Source: a virus. From it: a stretch of 64,000 nt of DNA. The notes under the pieces are model-generated. The model did no database searches, was not told the DNA's origin, and was given only the letters and a program-made list of their open reading frames with translations. The number at the start of each line of letters is the position of its first letter. Position 1 is the stretch's first letter. Shown here piece by piece: positions 16,626 to 26,268 of this stretch. The stretch covers positions 3,552 through 67,551 of the IMG/VR virus record IMGVR_UViG_3300018476_000014; one strand, written 5' to 3'. The translations under genes were made by a program, and so were the position numbers.

Positions 16626-17249
16626 ATGCCGCGCAAATCATCGGTTCGTGTGCAGATGGCGGACGAGGAGACCGAGCTGCCGAGCTTCGAGGAGATCCTT
16701 GCGCAGACCCCACCACGCCAGCCCGACCCGGACGATCCCGACAATGGCGATGAGAACGGAAACGGCCCCATCGATCCCCGCGAAGACGACGACCCGCCTC
16801 CCCCGGAGGAGCCGGACGTGGAGCCTGAGCCGGACATTCCCGACGAAGGCGACCCGGATGAGATCCCTTTTGGGGACGAAAGTGGTTTACCTGCAGACCC
16901 CCCTCACATCGCTGCCATCACCGAGATTTTTCCCCCCACCCACAACGAAAAGCACTACGAGGCGAGGATCTCCATTGTCGACGCGTTCCAGTACCAGGGA
17001 AACCTCAAGGACGCCCCCGAATGGATCGACCGCAACTGGGCAGCCTATGCCGATAACTACGATCCCGTTCGTGAACTCGAGCCGGGGCCAGCTCTTCGTG
17101 TACCGACTTACCGCGGTGATACCGTGCTGTGCCGAAAAGGCGACTACGTGGCTCAGCAGGAAGTCCGCCTGACCAGCAATCTGCCGGGCGAGGTGAAGAT
17201 CGAGGTATGGGAGCAGCAGCAGTTCGAGAGGCTGTTCATCCCGGTCTGA
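16626..17249 (+). CDS. hypothetical protein with acidic Pro-rich N-terminus, paralogue of 12237..12788
   Basis: VDAFQYQG...APEWI...GDYV...FERLF; directly upstream of terL. Confidence 0.75.
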   Translation: MPRKSSVRVQMADEETELPSFEEILAQTPPRQPDPDDPDNGDENGNGPIDPREDDDPPPPEEPDVEPEPDIPDEGDPDEIPFGDESGLPADPPHIAAITEIFPPTHNEKHYEARISIVDAFQYQGNLKDAPEWIDRNWAAYADNYDPVRELEPGPALRVPTYRGDTVLCRKGDYVAQQEVRLTSNLPGEVKIEVWEQQQFERLFIPV

Positions 17250-17250
17250 C

Positions 17251-18702
17251 ATGGCTACGATCGATTATGTAGCCCCACCTACAGTCGGCCGGTTCATGGA
17301 CTCTGAAGCGTTCGCCCGCTTCATCATCGGACCGGTCGGCAGTGGCAAGACCACCGGCGCCATCTTCGAGATCCTCAAACGCGCAGTCCAGCAGGCTCCC
17401 GGGCCTGATGGGATACGCCGCACCCGCTTCGCCATCGTCCGGCAGACGCTGCTGCAGCTGAAGATGACGGTGCTGCTGGATATCCTCTCCTGGCTGCGGC
17501 CGATCTGCGAGTACAAGGTTTCCGAGCAGCTGCTTAAAATTCGGTTCGGCGATGTGCTCTCCGAGTGGTACCTGATCCCGCTCGAGGACGAGGACGACCA
17601 GAAGCGGTTGTTGTCCATGCAGCTCACCGGCGCCTGGATGTCGGAAGCGATCGAGATCGATGTCGGCCTGGTCGACGCGATCGCCGGCCGCTGCGGCAGG
17701 TTCCCGACTGCGGCGGCCGGTGGCTGCACCTGGTTCGGGCTGATCGGCGACACCAACGCCCCCATCGAGGGTTCCGACTGGTGGCGGCTGTTCGAGGACG
17801 ACAAGCCGCCGGACTGGCAGGTGTTCAAGCAGCCGTCCGGTCTCGACCCCATGGCCGAGAACCTGGAATGGCTGCTGCAGACGCCGACCACCATGCAGTT
17901 CCCGGTCACCGACCAGCGAAGACGGTCGCAGGGCAGGACGTACTACGAGCGCCTGTCGAGGGGTAAGAACCCCGACTGGATCAAGCGCTACGTGCATGCC
18001 GAATATGGGGAGGACCCGACCGGGACAGCCGTGTTCCGTGGTTCGTTCAAGCGATCGTTCCACGTGAAACGAAAGCTCTCGCCAGTGGTTGGGTACCCCA
18101 TACTCATCGGGCAGGACTTTGGGAGGAGTCCGTGCTCGGTGATCTGCCAACCCGATGCCTTTGGGCGTCTCCTCGTGCTGGAGGAAGTGATCGCCGAAGA
18201 CATCGGGTTGGAGCTGCACGTCACCAAGGCGCTGAAGCCGGTGCTCTACCAGGACCGCTTTGCCGGGATGAACATGGCTGCAGTAGGCGACCCCTCTGGC
18301 GTAGCGAAAGGAAATTTCCTTGAGGAGAACTCATTCGATGTCCTGCTCCGACTCGGCATCCCCGCCTTCCCGGCGTCGACCAACAACATCGACCCGCGTC
18401 TTGCCGCAGTGGAAACCCTACTCCTCCAACAGCGCGATGGAGGTCCAGCAATCGTCATCGATGAGGACCGCTGTCCCACTCTTATCCGAGCGCTTAACGG
18501 TGCCTATAGATTTGGGAAGACCAAAGCAGGAGTGACCAAGCCGCTGCCGGAAAAACTTCATCCCTGGTCCGACGTCGCAGACGCCCTCCAGTATGTCTGC
18601 CTGGCGGTCAACTCCGGGCTCTCGCAGTTCATCGCTAAGCGGATTCGTCCTCGTCCGGCAAGACGCCCGCCCCCACCAGTCTCGGCGAAGGGCTGGACGT
18701 AG
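17251..18702 (+). CDS. terL: terminase large subunit
   Basis: Walker A GPVGSGKT, RFAIVRQT, Walker B WMSEAIE, DTNAP, nuclease GQDFGRSP and SDVADALQY. Confidence 0.95.
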   Translation: MATIDYVAPPTVGRFMDSEAFARFIIGPVGSGKTTGAIFEILKRAVQQAPGPDGIRRTRFAIVRQTLLQLKMTVLLDILSWLRPICEYKVSEQLLKIRFGDVLSEWYLIPLEDEDDQKRLLSMQLTGAWMSEAIEIDVGLVDAIAGRCGRFPTAAAGGCTWFGLIGDTNAPIEGSDWWRLFEDDKPPDWQVFKQPSGLDPMAENLEWLLQTPTTMQFPVTDQRRRSQGRTYYERLSRGKNPDWIKRYVHAEYGEDPTGTAVFRGSFKRSFHVKRKLSPVVGYPILIGQDFGRSPCSVICQPDAFGRLLVLEEVIAEDIGLELHVTKALKPVLYQDRFAGMNMAAVGDPSGVAKGNFLEENSFDVLLRLGIPAFPASTNNIDPRLAAVETLLLQQRDGGPAIVIDEDRCPTLIRALNGAYRFGKTKAGVTKPLPEKLHPWSDVADALQYVCLAVNSGLSQFIAKRIRPRPARRPPPPVSAKGWT

Positions 18703-19138
18703 CCTCGATGGTCAGCGGAGGCATCTCGGCCGACGTCGAGATGTTGATCGTCACGCCCGAGCCACCGCTGCCGAGCACGCTCTTGTCGCCGTCCAGCTCG
18801 CCCAGCCGGGCCAGGAAGCGCCCCGCCTCGACGCGCTGCGCCAGCGGGATGTCGTCTCGTCCGAGATCGCGGATATACACCGAGAGCTGCGACTCGAGCC
18901 CTGTGGCGGCCTTCATCTTCACCCGTTCGCGGGTGTTCGACGCGGCCTGCCACTCGGCGGAAAGTGTGGCCACCATGTCGATGAACTTGGGGTTTTCCTG
19001 TATTCGCAGCCACTCTTCGTTGGTCAGCTGGTGGAGCTGCAGCAACTGTGGAATTTCCAGCACATCCATGGCGATTTCGCGCGCCAGCGTCGCAAGATCG
19101 ACAGCAAAGATGAGGTTAACGTCAGACTGGTCTGTCAT
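18635..19138 (-). CDS. putative terminase small subunit, antisense between terL and portal
   Basis: Helical 167-aa protein with HTH-like N-terminus and C-terminal GSGVTINIS strand typical of TerS; fills the terL-portal gap. Confidence 0.55.
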   Translation of the reverse strand: MTDQSDVNLIFAVDLATLAREIAMDVLEIPQLLQLHQLTNEEWLRIQENPKFIDMVATLSAEWQAASNTRERVKMKAATGLESQLSVYIRDLGRDDIPLAQRVEAGRFLARLGELDGDKSVLGSGGSGVTINISTSAEMPPLTIEATSSPSPRLVGAGVLPDEDESA

Positions 19139-19178
19139 GGCTGATTGGTGTATTCCTGAAAATTCATGGGGGTAGGGG

Positions 19179-21311
19179 ATGCCTGCTGCAGTTCTGCGTA
19201 TCGTATCGCCTGACGATCTCTCGCAGCAAGAGACGGCGGCCGATGCTCAACGCGTCGCTGCCGAAGATGCACTCAGCCGTGATGCGCAGCTCAACAACTC
19301 CCTTCTGGCTTTCATCGACAATGAATTCTCGACATTCGTCCGCCATCGTGACGGTGCCAGCGGCTGGTCCGACCGACTTGTGGCAGCGATGCGGGTCTTC
19401 AACGGCCAGTACGACACCACAAAACTTGCCGAGATCAGACGCTTTGGCGGGTCTGACATCTATGCCCGGCTCATCGCGACTAAGTGTCGGGGAGCGACGA
19501 GTCTTCTGCGTGACGTCTACCTTAACGCCGAGAAACCCTGGGGCCTGAAGCCGACGCCGAACCCGACGCTGCCCGACGACATCATGGGCGACGTGGCCAA
19601 CCTGGTGCAGGTCGAAGTCGGCACCATGACCCGGCTCGGCGAGCCGCCCGATGAGAACGCCGTCCGCGATCGTGTTCAGTCGCTCACCCTGTCAGCCAAG
19701 CGCGCCGCCATCAAGCGCGCCAGAATCGAAGCTGAGGCTGCCTTCACCAAGGTCGATGACATCCTGGTCGAGGGCGGGTTCTACGAGGCCATGGCCTCGT
19801 TCCTGGTCGATCTGCCACTGTTCCCGTTTGCCTGCATCAAGGGACCGATCGTGCGGATCGTGCCGCGTGTCACCTGGACGCAGGGACGGGCGGTGGTCGA
19901 GAACAAGCCGAAAATGTTCTGGAACCGCATTTCGCCGTTCGATGTGTGGTGGACCCCGGGCGTCTCCAACGTGGCGGACGCCGCGGTGATCGAGCGCACC
20001 CGGGTGACCCGTCAGGACCTGAACCAGCTTCTCAACCTGCCTGGATACAACACAGCAGCGATCCGCGAGGTGCTGCAATGGTATGGCCAGTCTGGTTACG
20101 TCGAAGCGAACGCCTCGACATCCGATACTCCTCGAGCGGTCATGGAGTCGCGCGAAGACCCGCGCATGAACCAGTCCGGCATGATGGACATGCTGGAATA
20201 CCATGGCTACGTGCAGGGCAGGATCTTGCTCGACTATGGATTCACGGCGCAGCAAGTCCCCGAACCGTTGCAGGACTACTTCGTCGACGTGTTCAAGATC
20301 GGTCGCTACATCATCAAGGTGCAGCTTTCGCCCTCACTTCGAAAGAGGCCGCCATACTACGTCACGTCCTTCGAGAAGGTGCCGGGGACAGTCGTCGGCA
20401 ACGCCTTGCCGGATATCCTAAGTGATATCCAGGACGCCACGAATGCGGCACTACGGTCGCTGATCAACAACATGAGCATTGCCAGCGGCCCCCAGGTCGT
20501 TGTCAATGACGACCGCATTGCTGAAAACGAGAACGGCGACGAGCTTTATCCGTGGAAGCGGTGGCACGTTCAGACAGATCCGCTTGGCGCCAACAACGGC
20601 CAGGCCCCGATCAGCTTCTTCCAACCCAACAGCAACGCCCAGGAACTCCTTGTCGTCTACGAAAAGTTCACTCAGATCGCTGACGAACTCAGCGCTATAC
20701 CTCGATATATTACTGGTTCTGACCGCATGGGTGGCGCTGGCCGGACTGCTAGTGGTCTTGCAATGCTCATGGGTAATTCCGCAAAAATACTCCAGACAGT
20801 GGCAGCCAACATCGACGGCGACGTTATTGAGCCTGCCGTAAACGAACTCTACGACATGATCATGCTGACCGATCAGACCGGCTTGCTCAGGGGCGACGAG
20901 TCGATCGAGGTGCTCGGCGTCAACGTCGCCATGCAGCGCGAGACACAGCGCCAGCGCCAGCTGGAATTCCTCCAAATTACCGCGAATCCGATCGATTCGC
21001 AGATCATGGGTATCCGTGGCCGCGCCAATGTGCTGAGACCGGTCGCCGACGGTATCGGCCTCGATGGCGAGAACGTCGTTCCTCCGGACGAGGAAATCGC
21101 AGCACAGATGGCCGGACCCGGCGGACCGCAGGGTGGGCCGCCTGGGGCTCCTCCAGGAGCACCGGCGGGACCCCCTGGAGGGGGAGGGGCACCACCCACC
21201 GCACCGGGCGGTGCCCCCACCGGCCCGCAAGGACCGCAGACCAACGTGGTCGGCAAGACGCCCGGCGCCGGTCCCGGCACCGCAGTGAACCCAACGCAAG
21301 GCCCAGGCTAG
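19179..21311 (+). CDS. portal protein
   Basis: 710 aa after terminase; ISPFDVWW, GxALPDILSDIQ, RTASGLAMLM; Pro/Gly tail. Confidence 0.9.
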   Translation: MPAAVLRIVSPDDLSQQETAADAQRVAAEDALSRDAQLNNSLLAFIDNEFSTFVRHRDGASGWSDRLVAAMRVFNGQYDTTKLAEIRRFGGSDIYARLIATKCRGATSLLRDVYLNAEKPWGLKPTPNPTLPDDIMGDVANLVQVEVGTMTRLGEPPDENAVRDRVQSLTLSAKRAAIKRARIEAEAAFTKVDDILVEGGFYEAMASFLVDLPLFPFACIKGPIVRIVPRVTWTQGRAVVENKPKMFWNRISPFDVWWTPGVSNVADAAVIERTRVTRQDLNQLLNLPGYNTAAIREVLQWYGQSGYVEANASTSDTPRAVMESREDPRMNQSGMMDMLEYHGYVQGRILLDYGFTAQQVPEPLQDYFVDVFKIGRYIIKVQLSPSLRKRPPYYVTSFEKVPGTVVGNALPDILSDIQDATNAALRSLINNMSIASGPQVVVNDDRIAENENGDELYPWKRWHVQTDPLGANNGQAPISFFQPNSNAQELLVVYEKFTQIADELSAIPRYITGSDRMGGAGRTASGLAMLMGNSAKILQTVAANIDGDVIEPAVNELYDMIMLTDQTGLLRGDESIEVLGVNVAMQRETQRQRQLEFLQITANPIDSQIMGIRGRANVLRPVADGIGLDGENVVPPDEEIAAQMAGPGGPQGGPPGAPPGAPAGPPGGGGAPPTAPGGAPTGPQGPQTNVVGKTPGAGPGTAVNPTQGPG

Positions 21312-21321
21312 GAGACCCGCC

Positions 21322-21543
21322 ATGGCACCGACAAAGAAATCCACTTCCAAGCCGGCCGGCAAATTCAAGATCGAGGCCGGGCCGAGCGGCAAGATGCAGA
21401 GCTTCAAGGGCGTCGGCGACCAGCAGCCGGGCGTGTCCGCGGTGACTGCCAAGAACGCCGGCAAGAAATGGTCCGGTCCCTCGACGGGCGGCTCCGGCAA
21501 GATGCAGAAGTTCACGCCGGTCAAAGCCGTCAAGAAGGCCTGA
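21322..21543 (+). CDS. small Lys/Gly-rich protein
   Basis: AGGAG RBS; repeated SGKMQxF. Confidence 0.7.
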   Translation: MAPTKKSTSKPAGKFKIEAGPSGKMQSFKGVGDQQPGVSAVTAKNAGKKWSGPSTGGSGKMQKFTPVKAVKKA

Positions 21544-21547
21544 CGAC

Positions 21548-21880
21548 GTGGCCCGCGCTCCGCGTGCCAAAGTTTCCAAGACGTCCGGCCAGGGTATCTC
21601 GCGGCTCAGCTACCAGAAGGGCCGGGCGCTCGGAAACAAGAACACGGCGACGCCCGGCGATTTGACGCCGGCCAAGTTCAGTGCTGGCGACATGAAGGGT
21701 CCAGGCTCGACCGGCGGCGGGCGCAGCTACGGCAAGGGTGAGGGTGGTGCCGGCGACATCAACATCTCCTACGGCGGCACGATCCGCCCGTCCGACATCG
21801 AGGACGTCAAGGCGCTCGGCAAGATGGACATCCCGAAGGGCAAGGCGCTCGGGCCGACCAAGACGAAGCAGCTGAAATGA
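21548..21880 (+). CDS. small basic protein
   Basis: 110-aa K/G-rich ORF tiled between portal and scaffold. Confidence 0.65.
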   Translation: MARAPRAKVSKTSGQGISRLSYQKGRALGNKNTATPGDLTPAKFSAGDMKGPGSTGGGRSYGKGEGGAGDINISYGGTIRPSDIEDVKALGKMDIPKGKALGPTKTKQLK

Positions 21881-22044
21881 AGCCCGGCAAGAAGACCCGT
21901 CCACTGCCGACGCGCGGCGGGTTGAACGACCTGGCCAAGACCCAACACACGATCAGCGACTACTCGAAAGCCTCGCCGATGGGGTCGACGGAGAAGACCC
22001 CGACGGTGATGCAAGCCTTGCGCAATCCGCGTAAGGGGAGGTAA
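21877..22044 (+). CDS. small basic protein (55 aa, not in ORF track)
   Basis: MKPGKKTRPLPTRGGLNDLAKTQHTISDYSKASP...; ATGA and TAATG coupling on both sides. Confidence 0.6.
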   Translation: MKPGKKTRPLPTRGGLNDLAKTQHTISDYSKASPMGSTEKTPTVMQALRNPRKGR

Positions 22045-22301
22045 TGCCCGATACAGCCAAGCTCGTGCAGATGGCGATGCTGGTACGGGCGCAGGCTCCG
22101 GAAGCCTGGGAGGGGTTCGTTTTGGCGTTTCGGGAGTACGCGGCGGCGACCGCTGCAGAGATGGTGCGTTGTCCGCCGGACCAGCTGGCGAAAGCGCAGG
22201 GTATGGCGCAGATCGCGCACGAGCTAGCCCAGACGCTGATGAACGCGCCGAGGATACACGAGCGAGCGCGAGAGGCAGGACGTCATGGCCGACAACCCTA
22301 A
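22044..22301 (+). CDS. hypothetical head-region protein
   Basis: GGGGAGG RBS; LAKAQGMAQ motif typical of pre-scaffold genes. Confidence 0.7.
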   Translation: MPDTAKLVQMAMLVRAQAPEAWEGFVLAFREYAAATAAEMVRCPPDQLAKAQGMAQIAHELAQTLMNAPRIHERAREAGRHGRQP

Positions 22302-23307
22302 CCCGCAGGAAGCCAGCCAGCTTCCCGAACAGCTGCGGCGTCAGATCGCCGAGGCCGACCAGATCCGTGCCGACATCGCGGCACCCACGGAAGAGACTCC
22401 GGCTGCTCCGACCGAGACGCCGGCGTCTCCCAGTCCTCAGCCGACTGACCACCCTCAATCGGCTGAGGACGACCAGACCTGGGAGCAGCGGTACAAGTCG
22501 CTGCACGGGCGGTTCGAGAACACCCAGCGCTCGAACCAGCAGATGTCCGAGCGCATGACGCAGATGGAGCAGCTCATCGCGTCCATGCAGGCGCGCGGCC
22601 ATGAGCCGGAACGTCCGGATGCCGCGGTGCCGATAACCAAGCCGAAGCTGGTCACCGACCAGGAGGCGTCGGACTACGGCGAGGAGATGCTGACCGTCGT
22701 CGGCAAACGTGCCCGCGAGGAATTCTTTCCTGAGTTCGAGCAACTCGCAGCCCGCCTGAAGCGTATCGAGAGCCGTGTCGACGGGGCCGCGCAGGTCATC
22801 GACAACTCGCAGAAGATGAACGTCTACCAGACGCTGCAACAGCAGATCCCCGACTGGAAGACGATCAACAAGTCGGACGAGTTCAAGGCATGGCTCGGCC
22901 GGCCCGACGATTTTTCGGGCCGCCGACGCATGGATATGCTGAAAGAGGCGTTCGATAGACACGAGCCAGGACGCGTGCTAGCGTTCTTTCGGGGATTTTT
23001 GACTGAGGCTACCGGCACCCCGCCAAACAATTCGAGCCCAGGGAATTCAGCGCCCCCTCTTGCCAACGGCCAAACCGGTCAAGGCAACGGCAGCGGGAAA
23101 CCCTCCCTCGAAGACTTTGCGGCACCCGGTAGAGCCAGGTCGGCGCCGCAGGAATTGCCGCCCGATAAGCCCATCTACACGTCCGCCTTCATCACGAAGT
23201 TCATGGCAGACAAGCGTACGGGCAAATATCGAGGCCGCGAGGCCGACGCAGATGCAATCGAGCGCGACATCTACCAGGCACAGCATGAGGGGCGGATCTC
23301 ACCGTAA
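22285..23307 (+). CDS. capsid scaffolding protein
   Basis: WEQRYKSLHGRF coiled coil, IPDWKTIN, C-terminal IYQAQHEGRI; directly upstream of the capsid gene. Confidence 0.8.
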   Translation: MADNPNPQEASQLPEQLRRQIAEADQIRADIAAPTEETPAAPTETPASPSPQPTDHPQSAEDDQTWEQRYKSLHGRFENTQRSNQQMSERMTQMEQLIASMQARGHEPERPDAAVPITKPKLVTDQEASDYGEEMLTVVGKRAREEFFPEFEQLAARLKRIESRVDGAAQVIDNSQKMNVYQTLQQQIPDWKTINKSDEFKAWLGRPDDFSGRRRMDMLKEAFDRHEPGRVLAFFRGFLTEATGTPPNNSSPGNSAPPLANGQTGQGNGSGKPSLEDFAAPGRARSAPQELPPDKPIYTSAFITKFMADKRTGKYRGREADADAIERDIYQAQHEGRISP

Positions 23308-23332
23308 TCGCTAAGAGCGAACGAGGACCGCC

Positions 23333-24328
23333 ATGGCATATCCTGTAGCAGGTGCGGGCACGACCCCACCCATCTATCCGACTGGCTCAGCAACACCCAA
23401 TCCGGCTTACTCCGGTACCTTCATCCCCGTCCTGTGGTCGACCAAGCTTATAGAGAAATTCTATGCATCGACCGTACTGGCGGCGATTTCCAACACCGAC
23501 TACGAAGGCGAAATCAAGAACAAGGGCGACAAGGTCGAGATCCGGACCAAGCCCACGATCACCATCAAGGATTACAGAGCTGACGGCTTGCTCGAGATCG
23601 AGCGCCCGTCCTCGAACATTGTCGAGCTACCCATCGACAAGGGCAAATACTTCAACCTCATCCTCGATGACGTCATGGAGATCCAGTCGGACCTCAACAT
23701 GATGAACCTGTGGAGCGACGACGCTGCACAGCAGTTCAAGATCGTTGTCGACCGTGAAGTCCTGCTCGGCCTGCTCGGCCAGGCGGACACCAAGAACAAG
23801 GGCCTCACCGCGGGCCTGATCTCCAACAACATCAATCTCGGTGTTACCGGCACGCCGATCCAGGTTGTCGCTCGCAACCCTGCTGGCACCGCCGGCAAGG
23901 TCGAGATCATTGACATCCTGGTTCGCCTCGGGCAGGCGCTCGATGAGCAGAACATCCCCGAGACTGGACGTTGGGTCGTGCTTCCGGCCTGGATCTCATC
24001 GCAGATCAAGATGTCGGAGCTGCGGGACGCGTCGCTCACCGGTGACTCGGTGTCGATTCTGCGCAACGGGCGGCTGGGGATGGTTGATCGTTTCACCATC
24101 TACGTCAGCAATCTCCTGCCGTCCGGCGTCCCCGCCGGCCTCGCCGCTGGCGAGTGGGTGATCTACGCAGGTACCCAGCACGGGCTGACGTTTGCGTCGC
24201 AGATCAACAAGGTCGAGACACTGCGTTCCGAGATGACGTTCGGCACCCTGCTGCGTGGCCTTCAGGTCTACGGCTACAAGGTGCTCGACGGCAAAGCGCT
24301 TGCCCAGGCAATCGTCACTCCGGGTTGA
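23333..24328 (+). CDS. major capsid protein
   Basis: FIPVLWSTKLIEKFY, NTDYEGEIKNKGDKV, LRGLQVYGYKV; podovirus-type MCP. Confidence 0.92.
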   Translation: MAYPVAGAGTTPPIYPTGSATPNPAYSGTFIPVLWSTKLIEKFYASTVLAAISNTDYEGEIKNKGDKVEIRTKPTITIKDYRADGLLEIERPSSNIVELPIDKGKYFNLILDDVMEIQSDLNMMNLWSDDAAQQFKIVVDREVLLGLLGQADTKNKGLTAGLISNNINLGVTGTPIQVVARNPAGTAGKVEIIDILVRLGQALDEQNIPETGRWVVLPAWISSQIKMSELRDASLTGDSVSILRNGRLGMVDRFTIYVSNLLPSGVPAGLAAGEWVIYAGTQHGLTFASQINKVETLRSEMTFGTLLRGLQVYGYKVLDGKALAQAIVTPG

Positions 24329-24338
24329 ACCGGGTTTA

Positions 24339-24366
24339 ACTGACCGGCAGAATTCTGCCGGTCAGT
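24339..24366 (+). terminator. perfect palindrome/hairpin after the capsid gene
   Basis: ACTGACCGGCAG-AATT-CTGCCGGTCAGT, adjacent to motif A (24324-24340). Confidence 0.65.
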
Positions 24367-24388
24367 CCCTGTTTCTTGGAGGCTACGA

Positions 24389-24751
24389 ATGCCAGCAGCA
24401 CTGGAAACCGTAGGTCAGTACCTCAAGGAGTGCCGCGTTCTCCTGCAAGACGAGAACGTGCCTTATCGGTACGAGGACGCCGAACTCGTGGAGGCGATGA
24501 ACATCGCCTTGATGGAGGCTCGGCGTCTTCGTGCTGACCTGTTTCTGCCACTGTTCGAAGTGCCGTATTTCACCTCGACCGGCACCATAGACACGACCGC
24601 CAAGGTAACGCTCGACCCGATGTACCGGTCGAGCCTGGTCTACTACATCGTCGGCCGCGCGCAATTGCGGGACGATGAAGCCACCACCGATCAGCGCGCC
24701 ACGGCGATGCTCGGCAAGTTCACCCAGCAACTGTTGTCGATCGCCTCATGA
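24389..24751 (+). CDS. putative head-tail adaptor
   Basis: RVLLQDE...YRYEDAELV...RRLRADLF; GGAGG RBS; follows the capsid gene. Confidence 0.65.
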   Translation: MPAALETVGQYLKECRVLLQDENVPYRYEDAELVEAMNIALMEARRLRADLFLPLFEVPYFTSTGTIDTTAKVTLDPMYRSSLVYYIVGRAQLRDDEATTDQRATAMLGKFTQQLLSIAS

Positions 24752-25476
24752 GCTGCCAGCCCTCCGAACGCATTATGCAGACCATCCGGGTCAGTGTTCC
24801 GGGGGTCACCGACGATCTGCTGAGACTGCAGATGTTCAACGTCATGGACGAGTTCCTGCGACGGACCAACGCCTGGCAGCACCTCGAGGACATCGAGCTT
24901 ATCGAAGGCGAGACGAATTACGACATACCGACCCCGGCTGGCTCCGAAGTGGTGCGCTGGCTGGGCGTCAGCCACAAGCAGACTCCGATAACGGCGTCGC
25001 CGGCGCAGAGCGGTGTCACCATGTCGTCGCTGGGCACGCTGGTTCCGGACCTGACATTTCCGGACGGCGACGCATCGTATCTGCCTGCGGCCACCGATCT
25101 CCACCCCGGCACAGGGGTGTTCACCTACACGGTGTACCGGCCCAACTACATCTCGATCAGCGGCGCGCCGTCGGCCGAGGACGTCAAGTTTCCGCTGGTC
25201 GTCGCGCTGGCGCTGACCGTCGGCAAGAGTTGCCTGGAGTGCGAGGACTGCGGGGATTGGGACGTCCCGGAATACATGTGGGACATGTTCTTCCAGGACT
25301 GGAACGATGGCACGCTGGGCCGGCTCTACGCCATGCCTGCCAAGCCGTGGTCGAGCCCGACGCACGCCCAGTACCACTTGAAGCGATTCCGCAATCAGAT
25401 GGCATTCCGGATGCAGGAAGCACGCCGGGGTTACGTCTGGAACATGCCCGCGTGGCGCTTTCCGCGGGGCTGGTGA
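24748..25476 (+). CDS. putative tail tubular/adaptor protein
   Basis: DEFLRRTNAW...GTLGRLYAMPAKPWSSP; position in the structural operon. Confidence 0.65.
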   Translation: MSCQPSERIMQTIRVSVPGVTDDLLRLQMFNVMDEFLRRTNAWQHLEDIELIEGETNYDIPTPAGSEVVRWLGVSHKQTPITASPAQSGVTMSSLGTLVPDLTFPDGDASYLPAATDLHPGTGVFTYTVYRPNYISISGAPSAEDVKFPLVVALALTVGKSCLECEDCGDWDVPEYMWDMFFQDWNDGTLGRLYAMPAKPWSSPTHAQYHLKRFRNQMAFRMQEARRGYVWNMPAWRFPRGW

Positions 25477-25890
25477 ATGAACAACATCTACAACGTCGCC
25501 CGCGTCGACTTGCTGACCGGAAGCTTCAGCTGGCCGGGGATCGATGCGCGCCTGGTCGCCTGGTCCAGCGCCCAGGACTTCGATGAACTTGACGAAACTG
25601 TGGCTGACATATCGGCACGCGCCGGCCAGATAGTCGGCTACTCAGACCCGATCACTGTGCAGTCGGTCTCGCCAAACGGCACTGCGCAGACCAACCAGGT
25701 GCTGATTCCGATCAGCGCCGTCGGTCCCCCGGTGACGTGGTTCACCATGGTGAAGCACGCCCCGGTGCAGGCGGATGCGCAGCTGGTCCTCTACATCGAT
25801 GAGGCGGAGGGTTTGCCCTTCGATCATCGCGGCCTCGACATCGTCGTGCAGCCAGACTGGCTGCAGCAACGAGGATGGTGGAGGCCGTGA
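25477..25890 (+). CDS. putative virion structural protein
   Basis: 137-aa ORF; LVLYIDEAEGLPF...DIVV. Confidence 0.6.
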   Translation: MNNIYNVARVDLLTGSFSWPGIDARLVAWSSAQDFDELDETVADISARAGQIVGYSDPITVQSVSPNGTAQTNQVLIPISAVGPPVTWFTMVKHAPVQADAQLVLYIDEAEGLPFDHRGLDIVVQPDWLQQRGWWRP

Positions 25891-26268
25891 ATGGATTACC
25901 GGTGGATCGCTGACGACCCGTATCGATCCTACTTCGGCCATCCGTACCTGCCGGCTGGCTACGATTCGATGTCGATCGGCACGGATGAGGTCAATGCGCC
26001 CGGCGAGAACTGGCCGGTGTGGCCGGTCTACTACGACACCTTCATCGGACTCTCCGTGGTTATCATGACCGACTCGATGCAGCAGGTGTTCGACACTGGT
26101 TGCCCGGACCTGATCGTGCCCTGCGAGAACTGGACGACCGTTCTTCCGCACGAGGAGCACACGCTGGTCATCCGGCCTGATTGGTATGAGCGGGAGGTAG
26201 CGTCGCAGAACAACGTGCTGGTCTTCCCGCGCGAAGTGCGGACACAGGAGGTGAAAAAGGCCGGATGA
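25891..26268 (+). CDS. hypothetical protein
   Basis: 125-aa ORF abutting both neighbours. Confidence 0.6.
   Translation: MDYRWIADDPYRSYFGHPYLPAGYDSMSIGTDEVNAPGENWPVWPVYYDTFIGLSVVIMTDSMQQVFDTGCPDLIVPCENWTTVLPHEEHTLVIRPDWYEREVASQNNVLVFPREVRTQEVKKAG

Noticed and set aside
24320-24345. Programmed frameshift or readthrough extending the capsid protein (T7 10B-like)
   Set aside because: Readthrough meets another TGA after four codons, and I saw no long alternative frame or canonical slippery heptamer before the stop.
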